From: Anthoceros angustus
Taxonomy: Eukaryota; Plantae; Anthocerotophyta
NCBI GenBank assembly: GCA_010909165.1
Contig: VJWM01000106.1
Span: 558,001-622,000, forward strand
DNA length: 64,000 nucleotides
Direction: 5' to 3'
Part shown: piece by piece, positions 23,001-34,545 of the stretch
Numbering within the stretch: position 1 is the first letter of the stretch
Layout of the letters: each line of letters begins with the position of its first letter
Notes under the pieces: generated by a model
What the model was told of the DNA's origin: nothing
The model's input: the letters and a program-made list of their open reading frames with translations, nothing else
Database searches by the model: none
Made by a program: the position numbers and the translations under genes

Positions 23001-25147
23001 CTATCTAGCCACATACCACTATTTGCAGCCATGAGATACACGTGCTCCCCACTGTAACTCAACAGAACTTCCTCACCATTGGGACTGAACGTAACATGAG
23101 TCAAATGTAAATTTGATCGACTCTGCCCACATCCCATTACGGGTATTATTTGTAAGATGCAGAGTCACCTTGCTACCCACGTCACAGTTCTCCACAACTG
23201 CAGAACAAGCAGGAATCCTAGGAACTCACATAGTCAGAAAGGTGGGCAGGACAGAAGTAGCACACGCAAGGAGGCGTCTTCGCGTTTTGCCTATCTGAAG
23301 ATGGAGGGAGCAGCATTCGTCGATCATACAACCGAGCAAACGCATCACTGACAAACATAACACCAAAGTGTCTTTAGTATGAAGTGAAGTCATAACCCGG
23401 GGCGCCTCATTGCCTAACCTGCGAAGAACCAAGAATACCAGTACCTGCCTCCAATAAGAAGATGATGAGGTCGGGTTGGACTGACAGCACAAGTTTTGAG
23501 AGCAAGCGGGTGTCTTGGAGCATCCGACAGCGACCTCTTTGCTCCATTTCGAAGATCAAGCTAGCCATCCAGACAGAAGAACAGGCGCATAATGAGAACC
23601 AAATAGAGATCAACTTTACTGTCCCTGAATAGTCAATTACATACAAGAACATTTCGACATTCTTGACTGCTGCTTGGACATGCGTTGCACTCTCTCAAAT
23701 CATGTTGACGAAGAGTAGCATCCTCACTTGCACTCCAGACCACATGTGGATTTCCCTCTTCCACCTGCAGGAAAAATTGAAAAGAGGCATTACAATAAGT
23801 CATTCCGTGCACCTGGATTCATGTGCGATAGCTTAGGGAAAGAACTATAATCACACAGAGACGTACGGCAAGTTTTTTGACTCTCCGTGCATGGCAGCGA
23901 AACAAAGCTGTATCTTTAAAATCAACATTGTCTGTGCCTGGCCGTGCAGAGGAACGCGTGATTCTGTGAACACGAACCTGCAAAAGCAAAATACTTCTGA
24001 ATTCCAGCTTGCACTTTCAAAAATTTTGTCCAACACTTAGAAACTTCTCTTGGGTGTGAAATTGTAGGCTACTAAACAAACAGCTCCGTACCTCATTATC
24101 TCCAGCACCTGAAACAATGACACTATCCCCTGTTTCTGGCATAAACTTTGTGCAAAAAATGTTGGCAGTATGGCCAGTGTGTATGCTGTGCACTAGCTTC
24201 CTGGTTGAGTAGTCCCAAATGTTCACCTGCAAAACCAAGGCTACGTGATCAACATGAGTCCAATAATTAGCACTAAATTTTTCAACGCATCTGCACACCG
24301 GCTACTGGAGGGCATCCTCACCACGGTATCATCCGAGCCTGATAGAAGGAGCGAACCTTTCGCATTCCACGATAGAGCATTCACACAGCCATGGTGACCC
24401 TGAAGCAGCAAGAGAGATGTAAGTTTCTCATAGCGAACCACTGTCACCAGCAACATTCAACCTCTTGCCTATCAGATCCCCTATCTATGAGCTGAATACG
24501 AGCTTTGTTGGTGGTTCAACAGGTAGCATCAACCCATGCGTGCATATCGAGCTTATACCTCCATAACCTTGTCAAGGGCAAGCCGCTGCACCAGAGAGGA
24601 GTGTGTCTGCAAAGCACGCATCGGGTGGCGTTCCAGGAAGGGGAATGGCACCTGTAAGACACAAAATCCCTGAATCAGTCCACGATTCAACTCAGATTTC
24701 ACCCTGGCTTCAAATACTTCAGGACGACAGGACTGAGACTCTCTTGTCATAGAACTGAGATCTGGCACAAGACCCCTAAGAATCGAACTCACACACAAAT
24801 TATGCGCACGAGTCCGTCGGCCACGGGCAGAGGCCTACCCGTACGAACCCAAGTCATCCACACGAGTACTTCGGCCAGCGGCAGAGGCGAACACGATACA
24901 GCTCAATTGAACACGGGGGGACAGAGAAATCTCAAAACAAATTGCGCACGATCACAACCCGGAACCAGGGAAGGAACTAGAGAACTCAGCTTCAACTGAG
25001 CGGCTGCACCGGCAGATCGAACAACCAGTAGAGAGACAGAAAATTGGAGCACCACCACCTCAGAATTGCGCATACCTCGTGGGAGTCCAAGGACCGGCCA
25101 TCCAAAAGGCCGAAGATATTGCCATCCGGAGACCGTAGTTGCCTCAT
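20004..25147 (-). CDS. ASG2: WD40 + TPR DCAF protein (ASG2/WDTC1-like), multi-exon, with a C-terminal CaaX motif
   Basis: Exon peptides MRQLRSPDGNIFGLL, HSSLVQRLALDKVME, GHHGCVNALSWNAKGSLLLSGSDDT, TGHTANIFCTKFMPE, HLTHVTFSPNGEEVLLSYSGEHVY, YVGHCNTGTDIKQASF, GSDDGRWFIW. Last exon ends HPFECTQS*. Not every exon boundary was resolved. Confidence 0.88.
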
Positions 25148-27359
25148 GAGCAGAAGTTTCGCAAAATCTGGACACACGTTTCCAGCAAGCTAGTGCTACA
25201 AGGCAGCACCATACGGAGGAGCTTGAGCAGAGGCTGCGGTAGGACCCCAATCCATTCCCAATTGTCGATCCGCCTGCTTGAAGATGGAGACAAGAACGCT
25301 TCCAATTCCCGTACCCGGCAAGGCTCCACGTGCAGGCCCGCTGCCACAAGCACGGCAGTGCGAATTTAGCCAAAGAAGGAACAGGACTGCCAGGCTCCGC
25401 CCCTACGCCTGCTCAACCGCCAGCTATGGAAAGGCGGCTCCTAGCCTGACCCCGCCTGCGGATCAGGACCGACATACCCAGCAGCAAAGGGGAATGCATA
25501 CGGCGGGACATTACTGGATAGAATTCTTCACACAAGCGGAATTCCGCAGGTGGAATTGGATGACTTCTTCGGTGCACCTCTGAATCCAGGCTCCCTACAC
25601 GCTCCCAGCACAGCAGTAACCAGCAAGCCGAGGCAGCAAAGCGGAAAGCTTTCCAAGTCCTTCGGCTCTCGCACTAGCCTAGATGTCGGTAACCAGTTTC
25701 TCTGTTCCGCTGTGTGAACACTCTCAAATATATATCTTGTATGTCGTGGCACGTACAGTAATGCCACCTATCTAATATTATATATGATGTAACTCGATTC
25801 TGAATTAAATCCAGAGTCACCATTGTAAACTCTAGCATGTTTTTAACAAAGCAACAACGTTTATAGCAGCCAAATTGGAACACACATTCATAAGAATGCT
25901 GCTGCTGAGAATCCTGTGCTTAGGTCGATACTTAGATGGGGTGTCTAGAGGGAGTGGATGCCATCGGTGCAAATAGCTTATGAACATCATGGTAGAAATT
26001 CCATCCCAGTGCAACTTGCTAGTGAGACTAGACATATTACTATCCACATTTGGATGTAATTGAAGCCTTTAAATTTGCGTAGAGCAACACTTTAGGTGAA
26101 GTAGATTAGAGATGCTCGTTTTTCTTACCTTACTAATAATCTCAAGGGAGAGATGTTAGTCTCGCACTCAATTCAATTTTCATTGCAAGTTGGTGTGATC
26201 TAATTCGATGCTAGTCAAGGAGGTTGGAAGCATTTTCACTGCTTGCGGATGTTATGGGATCTAGTTGCAGCCTAGCTAGTGATTGGCCAAGACTCATGGA
26301 AACCATGTGCTTGAATTTTACTTTAGGACTTGTGTTTAGGACTTATGCGTAGAGACCATCAACAGCTCTGTTGGTGTACAACACGACAAGTGCGTACATG
26401 GTTGGGCCACTCTTTGATTTAGCTCTTTCTATACTCTTGTGTTATTCACTGCTGGTTTGTTCATATTAAAGTAGAACTTGCAAGTCGTCTTCATTAGTAT
26501 CGGGAGGACAAGGGGTCTAAAGCACACTTTAAGACACAATGTCGCAAAACCTACCAGATGGAGCTAAGAATATGTATAAATAGAATTCAAAACATTTTAG
26601 TGTATGGCCTGATTAGCGATAAAAAAACAAAAACTTACAAGTCATTAAATAGTCATTAGAGATTTATTATTCTCACAATGTACGAACCAAAAAAAATTGC
26701 CAAGGTTGGTTGTTGGTATTAATGCAAGGTCGCTAAGCTGGTGAATGCATTGGACGAGCTTTGTATTATGCAGCCTTAAGCTTGTTGCTTTGGGAGGCGG
26801 GCAAGGGCGGACATCTCTTATCTTCATATTTGTCTTTTGACTGAAATTTTTGGGATGTGGATAAAACTTATCCTATCATGAGTTCATCAAACAAAAGGGT
26901 GAACTCGATAACTTCATCAAATAAAGTTGTTGAAATGGATCTCAATTTTATTCCTCTGAAGAAGAAAATAACAGCGGGTGTCTGATGTGCTCAAGGGCCA
27001 ACTCTAAAACTTATTCACTAAGCTGAACCAAATAAAAGAAGCTTTGCACCATGCTCCTTGATATAATTGATGATGTCACCATAAGCCCGTCGACCATAAG
27101 AGTTCTCCAACTTCCAAAGCTTGTTCCTGAAACTTAAATCATTGGGGCCCATACTGATCCGCTGTAATACCAAAGAGAGCCGAGACTGGAGCTTGCGCTT
27201 CTCAAAGTATAGATGTATGTAAACCACCTGCATCCATATGCCATGCACCATTGATGTGTTAGTTCAGCCGAATGAAAATTGAAGACTGCAAATTTAGAAC
27301 TTGCATGGGCGTAACCCTAAATACTTTTGTGGGCGCAGAGTCTAAACCTTGGCTCTTGA

Positions 27360-28690
27360 TCAAGCACCCAACTCGGGCCGAGGCGAGGCTGAGTGGACGA
27401 AGTCCAGTTCCAAGGATTGCGGCGGATCCTTAATTACAAGGCTCCAAGCGCGGGAGGTTGAAACAAAGAAGGTGCTGGTTTGCGGTTCCATGGACGAGAC
27501 GAGAACCGCCCACTCATTACCATGACCACCCCGGTGATTCCGGCCGCGAGGGGAAACCATCGGCAAACCAAAGCTCATACACGCTGCCAGGATGGCCGAT
27601 GGTGCGCGTGCTTGCAGATCACCCACCCTACCCCCGCAATAGGATCTGCGGTACCGAGTCTCCCAGGGAGCGTCCCGGTTTAGCTTCCGAATGGAGATGC
27701 CATAAACCAGTCGACTTGTTCCGATGCTTACGCGTGTCCACCTTGTTCGAGAGCAGCATGTAGAACTCCCCACCGTGGCGAAAATCTTGTCGACCCGAGG
27801 TCCTTTGTGCCAAGTCCTCACGTGTACATGTACGATCTCGGGACCAGCTTGAGCCCGATCTCGCTCTAGGTCCGCATGATGGACAATGGCGGTGCCTGCG
27901 AACCCTCCCACTAGTATGCCGTTCGATACCGCAACCCGGCTACCATCAATCAAATGACGCCACGCATCCAAGATAGGTTCCATCACCCATCGCTGAAGTT
28001 CGGACCATCATTAGCGGAGGAGAAGAAACCCAAACTCAAGCAGTTACGAAAATCGGGAGCTCAAGAGCCGGCTCCCATCAATCCGGCTGACTCCACGACA
28101 TCCAGACATCCACCCACATCTTTTGCTAAGCCGGAGCGTCGGCGATCACGGTCCTCCTCCCACTCCTTAGTAAACACGTTCACTACGCAGATGTTGATCA
28201 AAGTGCCATCATGCCCTTCCTCCATCTCCTCAGAACCATCTCCGGATGAGGACGAGCCCATTCTTGACACTCCACCGAATCGTGGCGATTTTGCGGCCGT
28301 ACTTGGGAGGCAAGAAGTTGGCGCGCACCTTGGTGGGCGGGCCATGTCCCATCTGCGTCGTGGCGAGTGCGAGCAACGCCTCGAGCATGCACATGCACAT
28401 ATACTCCACAGCGAATACGGGCTCCTGCAGGTAGCCATCATCCTTAGATCGCTCTCTCGCTGCTCCTCGCACCCGCTTCTTGAAACCAGCATCTGAGGTG
28501 AGCAGTCCATTCCACTTCTTGCTTACTGAGCGGAGGCGGGCCCTGGTGGCAGCTGAGGTGCGTGTCAAAATCTCGCACTCTAAAGGTCGGAGACCTGCAA
28601 TTTGCCCCACAACTCCGGGTCCATGGCGGGGCGGGGCTCTACCACCAGTGCAGAGGAAAAATACAACTCTTTTGAGCAACCATCTGTACA
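27360..28690 (-). pseudogene. Frameshifted F-box protein gene
   Basis: EILTRTSAATRARLRSVSKKWNGLL (F-box-like), followed in shifting frames by SVKNGLVLI, ICVVNVFTKEW and AVSNGILV. Confidence 0.55.
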
Positions 28691-28805
28691 TGACAGGCGT
28701 ATGATGGGGCTCGCTCCCGGCCGGGCCTAGTCGAGGTAGTGAATTGCAATGCCTCGGACGGATCGCGCCCATTGACCACATCTCATCGACCATGCTCGCA
28801 CACTC

Positions 28806-29201
28806 ATGCAATGCAGTAACATGAATTCTTTTCTTAAATCAAAAGAAGAAGATGATTGCGTCGATGCACATATAGCGGGGTGCATGCATGGTTGGGTGTC
28901 CCAATTCCACAAAAACAAAGCGCTCGCTCATATATAGTTGAATGTAAAGGGCCTCAAGCTCGGTAGAATATTAATCTAGAACATGCACTACCACATCTCA
29001 AATACTCGGCTTGCATGCAATGTAACATGAATTCTTTTCTTAAATCAAAAGAAGAAGATGATTGCGTCGATGCACATATAGCGGGGTGCATGCATGGTTG
29101 GGTGTCCCAATTCCACAAAAAAAAACAAAGCGCTCGCTCATATATAGTTGAATGTAAAGGGCCTCAAGCTCGGTAGAATATTAATCTCGAGAACATGCAC
29201 T
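28806..29201. repeat. Direct duplication of ~185 bp (28806-28989 and ~29015-29201)
   Basis: AACATGAATTCTTTTCTTAAATCAAAAGAAGAAGATG...GAACATGCACT occurs twice. Confidence 0.9.
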
Positions 29202-29430
29202 GATGCGATCAAAATACCCCGTACATATATTCTACAAATATATCTGGGCCTTGGTCCTTGGTCCTCGACCCTACGTAGCGTTGAAGCATTCCTTGGTTCT
29301 CGGGATTTTGGGGCAATCACTGTATCGAGAAGGCATGAGTTTTGGCTTATTTGCTCCAGGCCTAACTCAACTGTCTTGCTTTCTCTTTCTAACTCCTTTT
29401 TTGCTCCTTGGGGATGTGAAGTGCAAGAGA

Positions 29431-30066
29431 TGTTAGAACATGAAAGTCCATATATATGCCTGCCTGACACAACGTGTGCTTTGAGTTATTCTACCTTGAG
29501 TTTTGTGGTTTTAGTTGGTTACTCACACCAGATGTTACGTGCAAACAAATAGGGACGATATGCTTGTTTCTTGATATTTGCTTGTGCAATGGAAGGCTAG
29601 GAAACTCATAATGCAATGTTTACCACACAGAGGACGCAAGCAATGTGTTTTGGGTGCAGGAAAGCGAGGACACAAAAACTGGGGGTCACATATTATATGT
29701 AAAACCTAGTGAAGGCGTCGGCCGGCCGGCGCCTTCACTGGGTTTTGTGGTCGTCATGTGTTCGAAACAGGCCTTCACGTTACCCACTTCCAACCAAAGG
29801 GTTGTGCTTACTCGCAAAACAGCTAAAATGCATATTTTGTGACTGTGTGGGATGTGATAAGTTAGAAGTACACACCGTGTTGGTTATGGTTAGCTTAGCT
29901 TAACCCAGCGTGGTCATACCCTCTGGTATCTTGTACCGAAGAGGTACAACTCTCCAAACACAGCTATAAAAGCCCACCACTTGTAATCAATTGTATCAAT
30001 CAGTAAAGCACTAAACTTTGATCATAAATTCACTTCCGCAAAGCACCTCAAACTTGGTATCACAGC
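29431..30066 (+). mobile_element. Candidate LTR followed by a tRNA-iMet PBS
   Basis: TGTTAGAA start at 29431, CTATAAAAG near 29965, ...CTCA then TGGTATCACAGC at 30055-30066. Confidence 0.45.
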
Positions 30067-30749
30067 AAAGTTTGATTACAAGTCCACCATGCATTATGAT
30101 GTGAATCTAGATGTTCTTCTTTTATGCAATGTCTTTCTAATGCCTTTGGTATTTGTTTTATGAAACTATTTAATACTTATTCATAATTTGGTTTATATTC
30201 AACCAAACATATTTTCCTCATAAAATAGTTTGGCTTTTTCTATGATTAACTTTTATATTCATTAAAGTTTCATGGATTATTGCCACTCTCATTTTTCGTC
30301 TTGTTCTTCCAACACTTCTAGCACTCGTATCATTCTTTCTTGCTCAAAACTTTGTTCCTTTATCATTTCATTCAAAGTTACAACATGGCAAGAGACACAA
30401 CCACAAGAGTATTCATGCTAAGAGAAGCGGAAAACTAGAAAGGAGAAGTAGACGAAGTGTGCACCATCGACGATCTTACAATCATTATCGGCTGAATTCT
30501 CCTCTTATCAAAAGTCTAGGAAGTAAGATAGCCTATGTGCTATCTTATTTCTTTCTAGAAATGACTTGATATCATCATCAACAAAAGAAACTTCTAGCCA
30601 ACACAGATCAGCACGACCATGGTCCTCTAGTGGTGAATCTGATGTACTTCGTTGTTGTGGAGATATATCGAGTGTTGTTGAGAGGAATAACCTAACCTCG
30701 CTTAAGCTTTGTTTAGTTACGTTAGGGTTGCTATTCCGAAGAGTCACCT

Positions 30750-31494
30750 AGTAAGTATATAAGAACACGGTTTTGACACTTTTTGTATTCATTCATTTAC
30801 TTTGTTATGTAGAATTCACGTTATGCAATCGAGTTTTTTATCTCCCAAAATAGAAATATGGTATCAGTGCATCCTCAATGCTCTCTGATCTGGCTATGAG
30901 CCATGCCTTTCACGAATAGTCCATCTTCATACGGGCACGAGGAACGAGCCACCAGATCCCGTTTTTTCAGTTGCAAAAAAGGACGTGGAGGCCGCTGCTC
31001 ACAGGGCCGACGAAGTAATTGTTGGGCACAATAGCAATGGGCTATTCGTGAATTAATGCAAAACAAGAGTCGAGATTTAATGAATCGTGGTGACATGAGG
31101 TCAGATAACATCAAATCGTCTCGGGATTTGCAATACGATGCGCGACTAGAGAGAGCTGCTAAGAAGGCTACACATCCTGCGACGACCCCAACCTGCACAA
31201 TTGCTGTTAGTATGTATGACCACTGAGTCCCTGGATCGGTTAGTGGCCCATGTCTTAAACATACAGAACAGTTCGTCCAACATGTCGACTGGTTCAGGAC
31301 AATCGAGCACCACTTCAGGTGCAGTCTTCACTTCTGAGCTAAAGGAAAAGGATCGTTTTCATGGAACTAAGTACCAGGTGTGGCGAGTACGTATGTAGTC
31401 TACCTTGGTAGCACTTGGAGTGTGGCCAGTCATAGAAGGGACTCTGCCGAAGTCTGATCTCGCTGCGTCTCCGACACCCACACATGCAGAAATC
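30750..31494 (+). mobile_element. Ty1/Copia LTR end, PBS and gag 5' part, interrupted at 31494
   Basis: TATATAAG near 30756; TGGTATCAGTGC at 30859; gag KEKDRFHGTKYQVWRVRM*STLVALGVWPVIEG, the same signature as the Copia at 1.7-2.0 kb. Confidence 0.7.
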
Positions 31495-32155
31495 TGTCAT
31501 GCCGTGTGATACTAATCTCTGCACTTGGGTTTAGTGTTTGATTAGTATTAATTAACCTAATTACTTATCTTTAAGTAAGTAATTAATATTAATTAATCTA
31601 AGATGCGTATGTTAATTAAGCATTTTTAGTGTTAATTAATCTAAGGTGCTTATGTTAATTAACCATTGATTAGTGTTAATTAAACATGGTTAGCAATAGC
31701 TAAGCGGATAAGCTCAAGTCATATGCTTTGGCATATTCCTTGCATATTATAGTGTATTCTTAGGATATTTGGCATATCTTTGATATAGGATATCTTAGGA
31801 ATATGCCGATCTTGGTCTAGTATATAGACCCTTCCATTGAGACAAGCTCGGATCATAGCTTGTCCTCTAGATATGCAATGCAAGGGTGTTGTGAGGAGGC
31901 CAAAGGTATGACTCAAGGCGATGTGAGGAATTTGCGTGTTGTTCGTGGGGAGAGTGTGTTTGTGCACGACGTCGAGCTACTCCCTCCTGTTACAAGCTAT
32001 GATCTCGTGTGTACAGATAGGCCGTGCTAGGCTTAGTGTGATGCTAAGCGATGCTAGGCCTGCTAGGCGAGATAACGAGTATTTTACTCTTGGCGGATTC
32101 AAGTGGAAGAAGTGGACATCGGCCATTTGATTTCGCTACGCTCATAGTTGTGACA
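31495..32155 (+). mobile_element. Probable 5' LTR (~660 bp) of the DNMT-carrying Gypsy element
   Basis: TGTCA...TGACA termini; begins exactly where Copia gag homology stops; TATATAGA at 31821; precedes gag. Confidence 0.6.
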
Positions 32156-32479
32156 CCCCATCCAATCTTGATCCACCCAGATGCCTAAAGTTCTTATGCC
32201 CATCACTCAACTCACAGGCGAGAGAGTGTTGTATGCAATTTAAACATGCATAGATACTTAGAGGTTTCACTAATCACGATCTAAGATAGCGGGGTGTGTT
32301 AACCTTGATTAAGGGTTTGATCTAGCCACTAACCGCCAGTGCATGCTGGACACACTCGATCCGGACGGAGCTACCAACCGAAGTCCATCAGCGAATTGAA
32401 GTCCCGAGAGAGAAGTCACGAACACCTCGATTTTGGTACCGAAGGACACGGAGGAACCAATCAACAATCTTTGAAGGAT

Positions 32480-34545
32480 CATGGTGGCAACACACAAGAC
32501 ACGTTAGTCTTCGGGACAACTCGGTGGGCGGCAATGAGGAGGACTTGTCTTTAGGAGTCGTCAAGATGGGAGGAGACAAGGATCGAATGGAGTTGTTCAG
32601 GGACGGCGGGCACCTTGCCCTGGAGGACTTCATCGAAGTACGCGTGTGCGGAGATGGAATTGAAGACCGGATACGAAGCGATACGGCTTCATCCAAATGC
32701 CGTACTTGGGGATGAAGCATTGGCGTGCTATCGCGCACAAGGCGAGGTTGGCGGCACATGGAGGACCGTGAGTAGTTCAAGCTCGAAGGAACCGTCGAGA
32801 CGGAGGCGGTGGCACCGGTGGGCACGATCCCATCGAAGAGATGTTTGACATCTTCGGGGAGTTTCCTGCAAGCACGGATGAGAAGATCTCCGTGACACTT
32901 CAAGATGAAGTCGGAGGCGAAGATGGCTTATCGAAGAATCGACCAGTTGTACGTGACACCAAGATCATGAGTGTGGCCGGGCTGCGGTACTTGCAGGCAT
33001 TGCCATATGCGCTGAAGGTGCAACAAGCGGTGCACAACACGAAGGGCAACACTACACCCTCAAGGAAGTGTACGAGATGGGCGACAAGATAGGGCCCGCG
33101 ACACTTTCTCTCGTCTTTGCAAGTGATTACTCCGGCCACAAGTAGGAGTGGTGGACTACATGACCGATGCGAGGTCGAGTGGAGGAGCTCGGCGAGACAA
33201 GCCAGCCCACAGCCCAAGTGGCGAGCCCTGCGTGAGGTGCCGAGGGGCGGACCATTCCCTCATGAGTGCGAGCATGCATTCGGAGGAGTCAAGGGTGAGG
33301 AGCCATGCCCTAGGTGGGAGGTATGCAGGCACAATGAAGCGGCATGTTGGGAGAAGCATCCGGAATTGCGGCCTACGGGTTGTCGGCGGCAACCCGGCCA
33401 ATGCATCTCAACCTCATCCACAAAATCGTGAGAAAAGGCCGTGGAGGAGGCACCGTGAGTCCCGTGGACAAAAGCGGGAAGCATCAAAGAAGGCGATGGA
33501 CAGCTACGTGGCACGCCTTGCAAAGCTGGAGAAGTTGGTGCGGGCGAAGATCAAGGAGGCGGCGGTTCATCATCGGAGGCGAAGAAGATGAGCACAAGCT
33601 TGGATACATGGCGTGTGACGGATCAAGGGCAGGGAAGAAACCTCTGGCGACTACGAGAAGATAGCTCAGGAAGAAGAGGATGTCTTGACACTGCGGTCGG
33701 AAGACACGGAAGGAAGCTTGGGATCCTCTTCCGAACCTATGCCAAGATGCCAAAGTCGTTTGAGCCATTGCCAGCAGGAGCAATTGGGAGCAACATCAAA
33801 GTCAGTGGGCGATGTGGAGAAACCCATGCAGATTGCGGAGCGATGGCACAAAAGCCGGAGATGCCATGTTTGACCTACAAGACATGGGGTTGGCGTGAAG
33901 GAAGTCGGGGTTTGACTCGGCGGATGTTGACAACCCTTGAAGGCGAAGCAAGTGTCGAAGATTTGCCAGCGTAGCAATGATGTCATTCTTGACCTCGAAC
34001 CAAGCATCTCGTGGAAGCGGAATCTTTGCAGTGGGGTGGCTTTGGTCAACAATCGGAGAGGCACATTGAAATCAATGGATTCGCACCAAGGAGGTGTTGA
34101 TTGACAAGCACAGTGATCGTTGGAAGAAGAGTGAAGGAAGCGTTGGGTCTCCACCAAGAAAGGTTGAAGGAAACCAAGTGGAAGATCCAGACCTTGTTGG
34201 GACCACGGAGCATGTGTTGGGGTGACAAGGTACAAGCTGAAGGTTTCATTCAAACCAAGCAATGACTTCACCTTTGTCGAGGTACCTTTTGGTCAGATGC
34301 GAGACACATTTGATGTCTTCTTTGGGAGCGGGCTTTGTACAAACACAGGTCATGGTGGATTTGTGGGCGGAGGCAGTCTACTATCGACCAGTGGAAAGCT
34401 GAGCAAAACCGATGAGCGGATTGCGCATCCCTCTGCATGCATGGATCATGAGAACCTCATTGCCAGCGTCTACCCGGTGTTTGGCGCCGTAGTGAAGGAC
34501 ACGCCATACGTGCTTGAACCTCTTGGCGTGTGTCACTCTCGGCCC
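32480..34545 (+). mobile_element. Ty3/Gypsy gag (two zinc knuckles) and aspartic protease, frameshifted
   Basis: CVRCRGADHSL and CPR...HNEAACWEKHPELRP knuckles at 33230-33375; VILDL protease motif near 33982; FDVFFG...GGFV...VYYRP at 34310-34390. Confidence 0.7.

Noticed and set aside
26880-27260. Coding-like minus-strand stretch (27018-27251)
   Set aside because: Could not be assigned to any family; short, with no clear gene structure.
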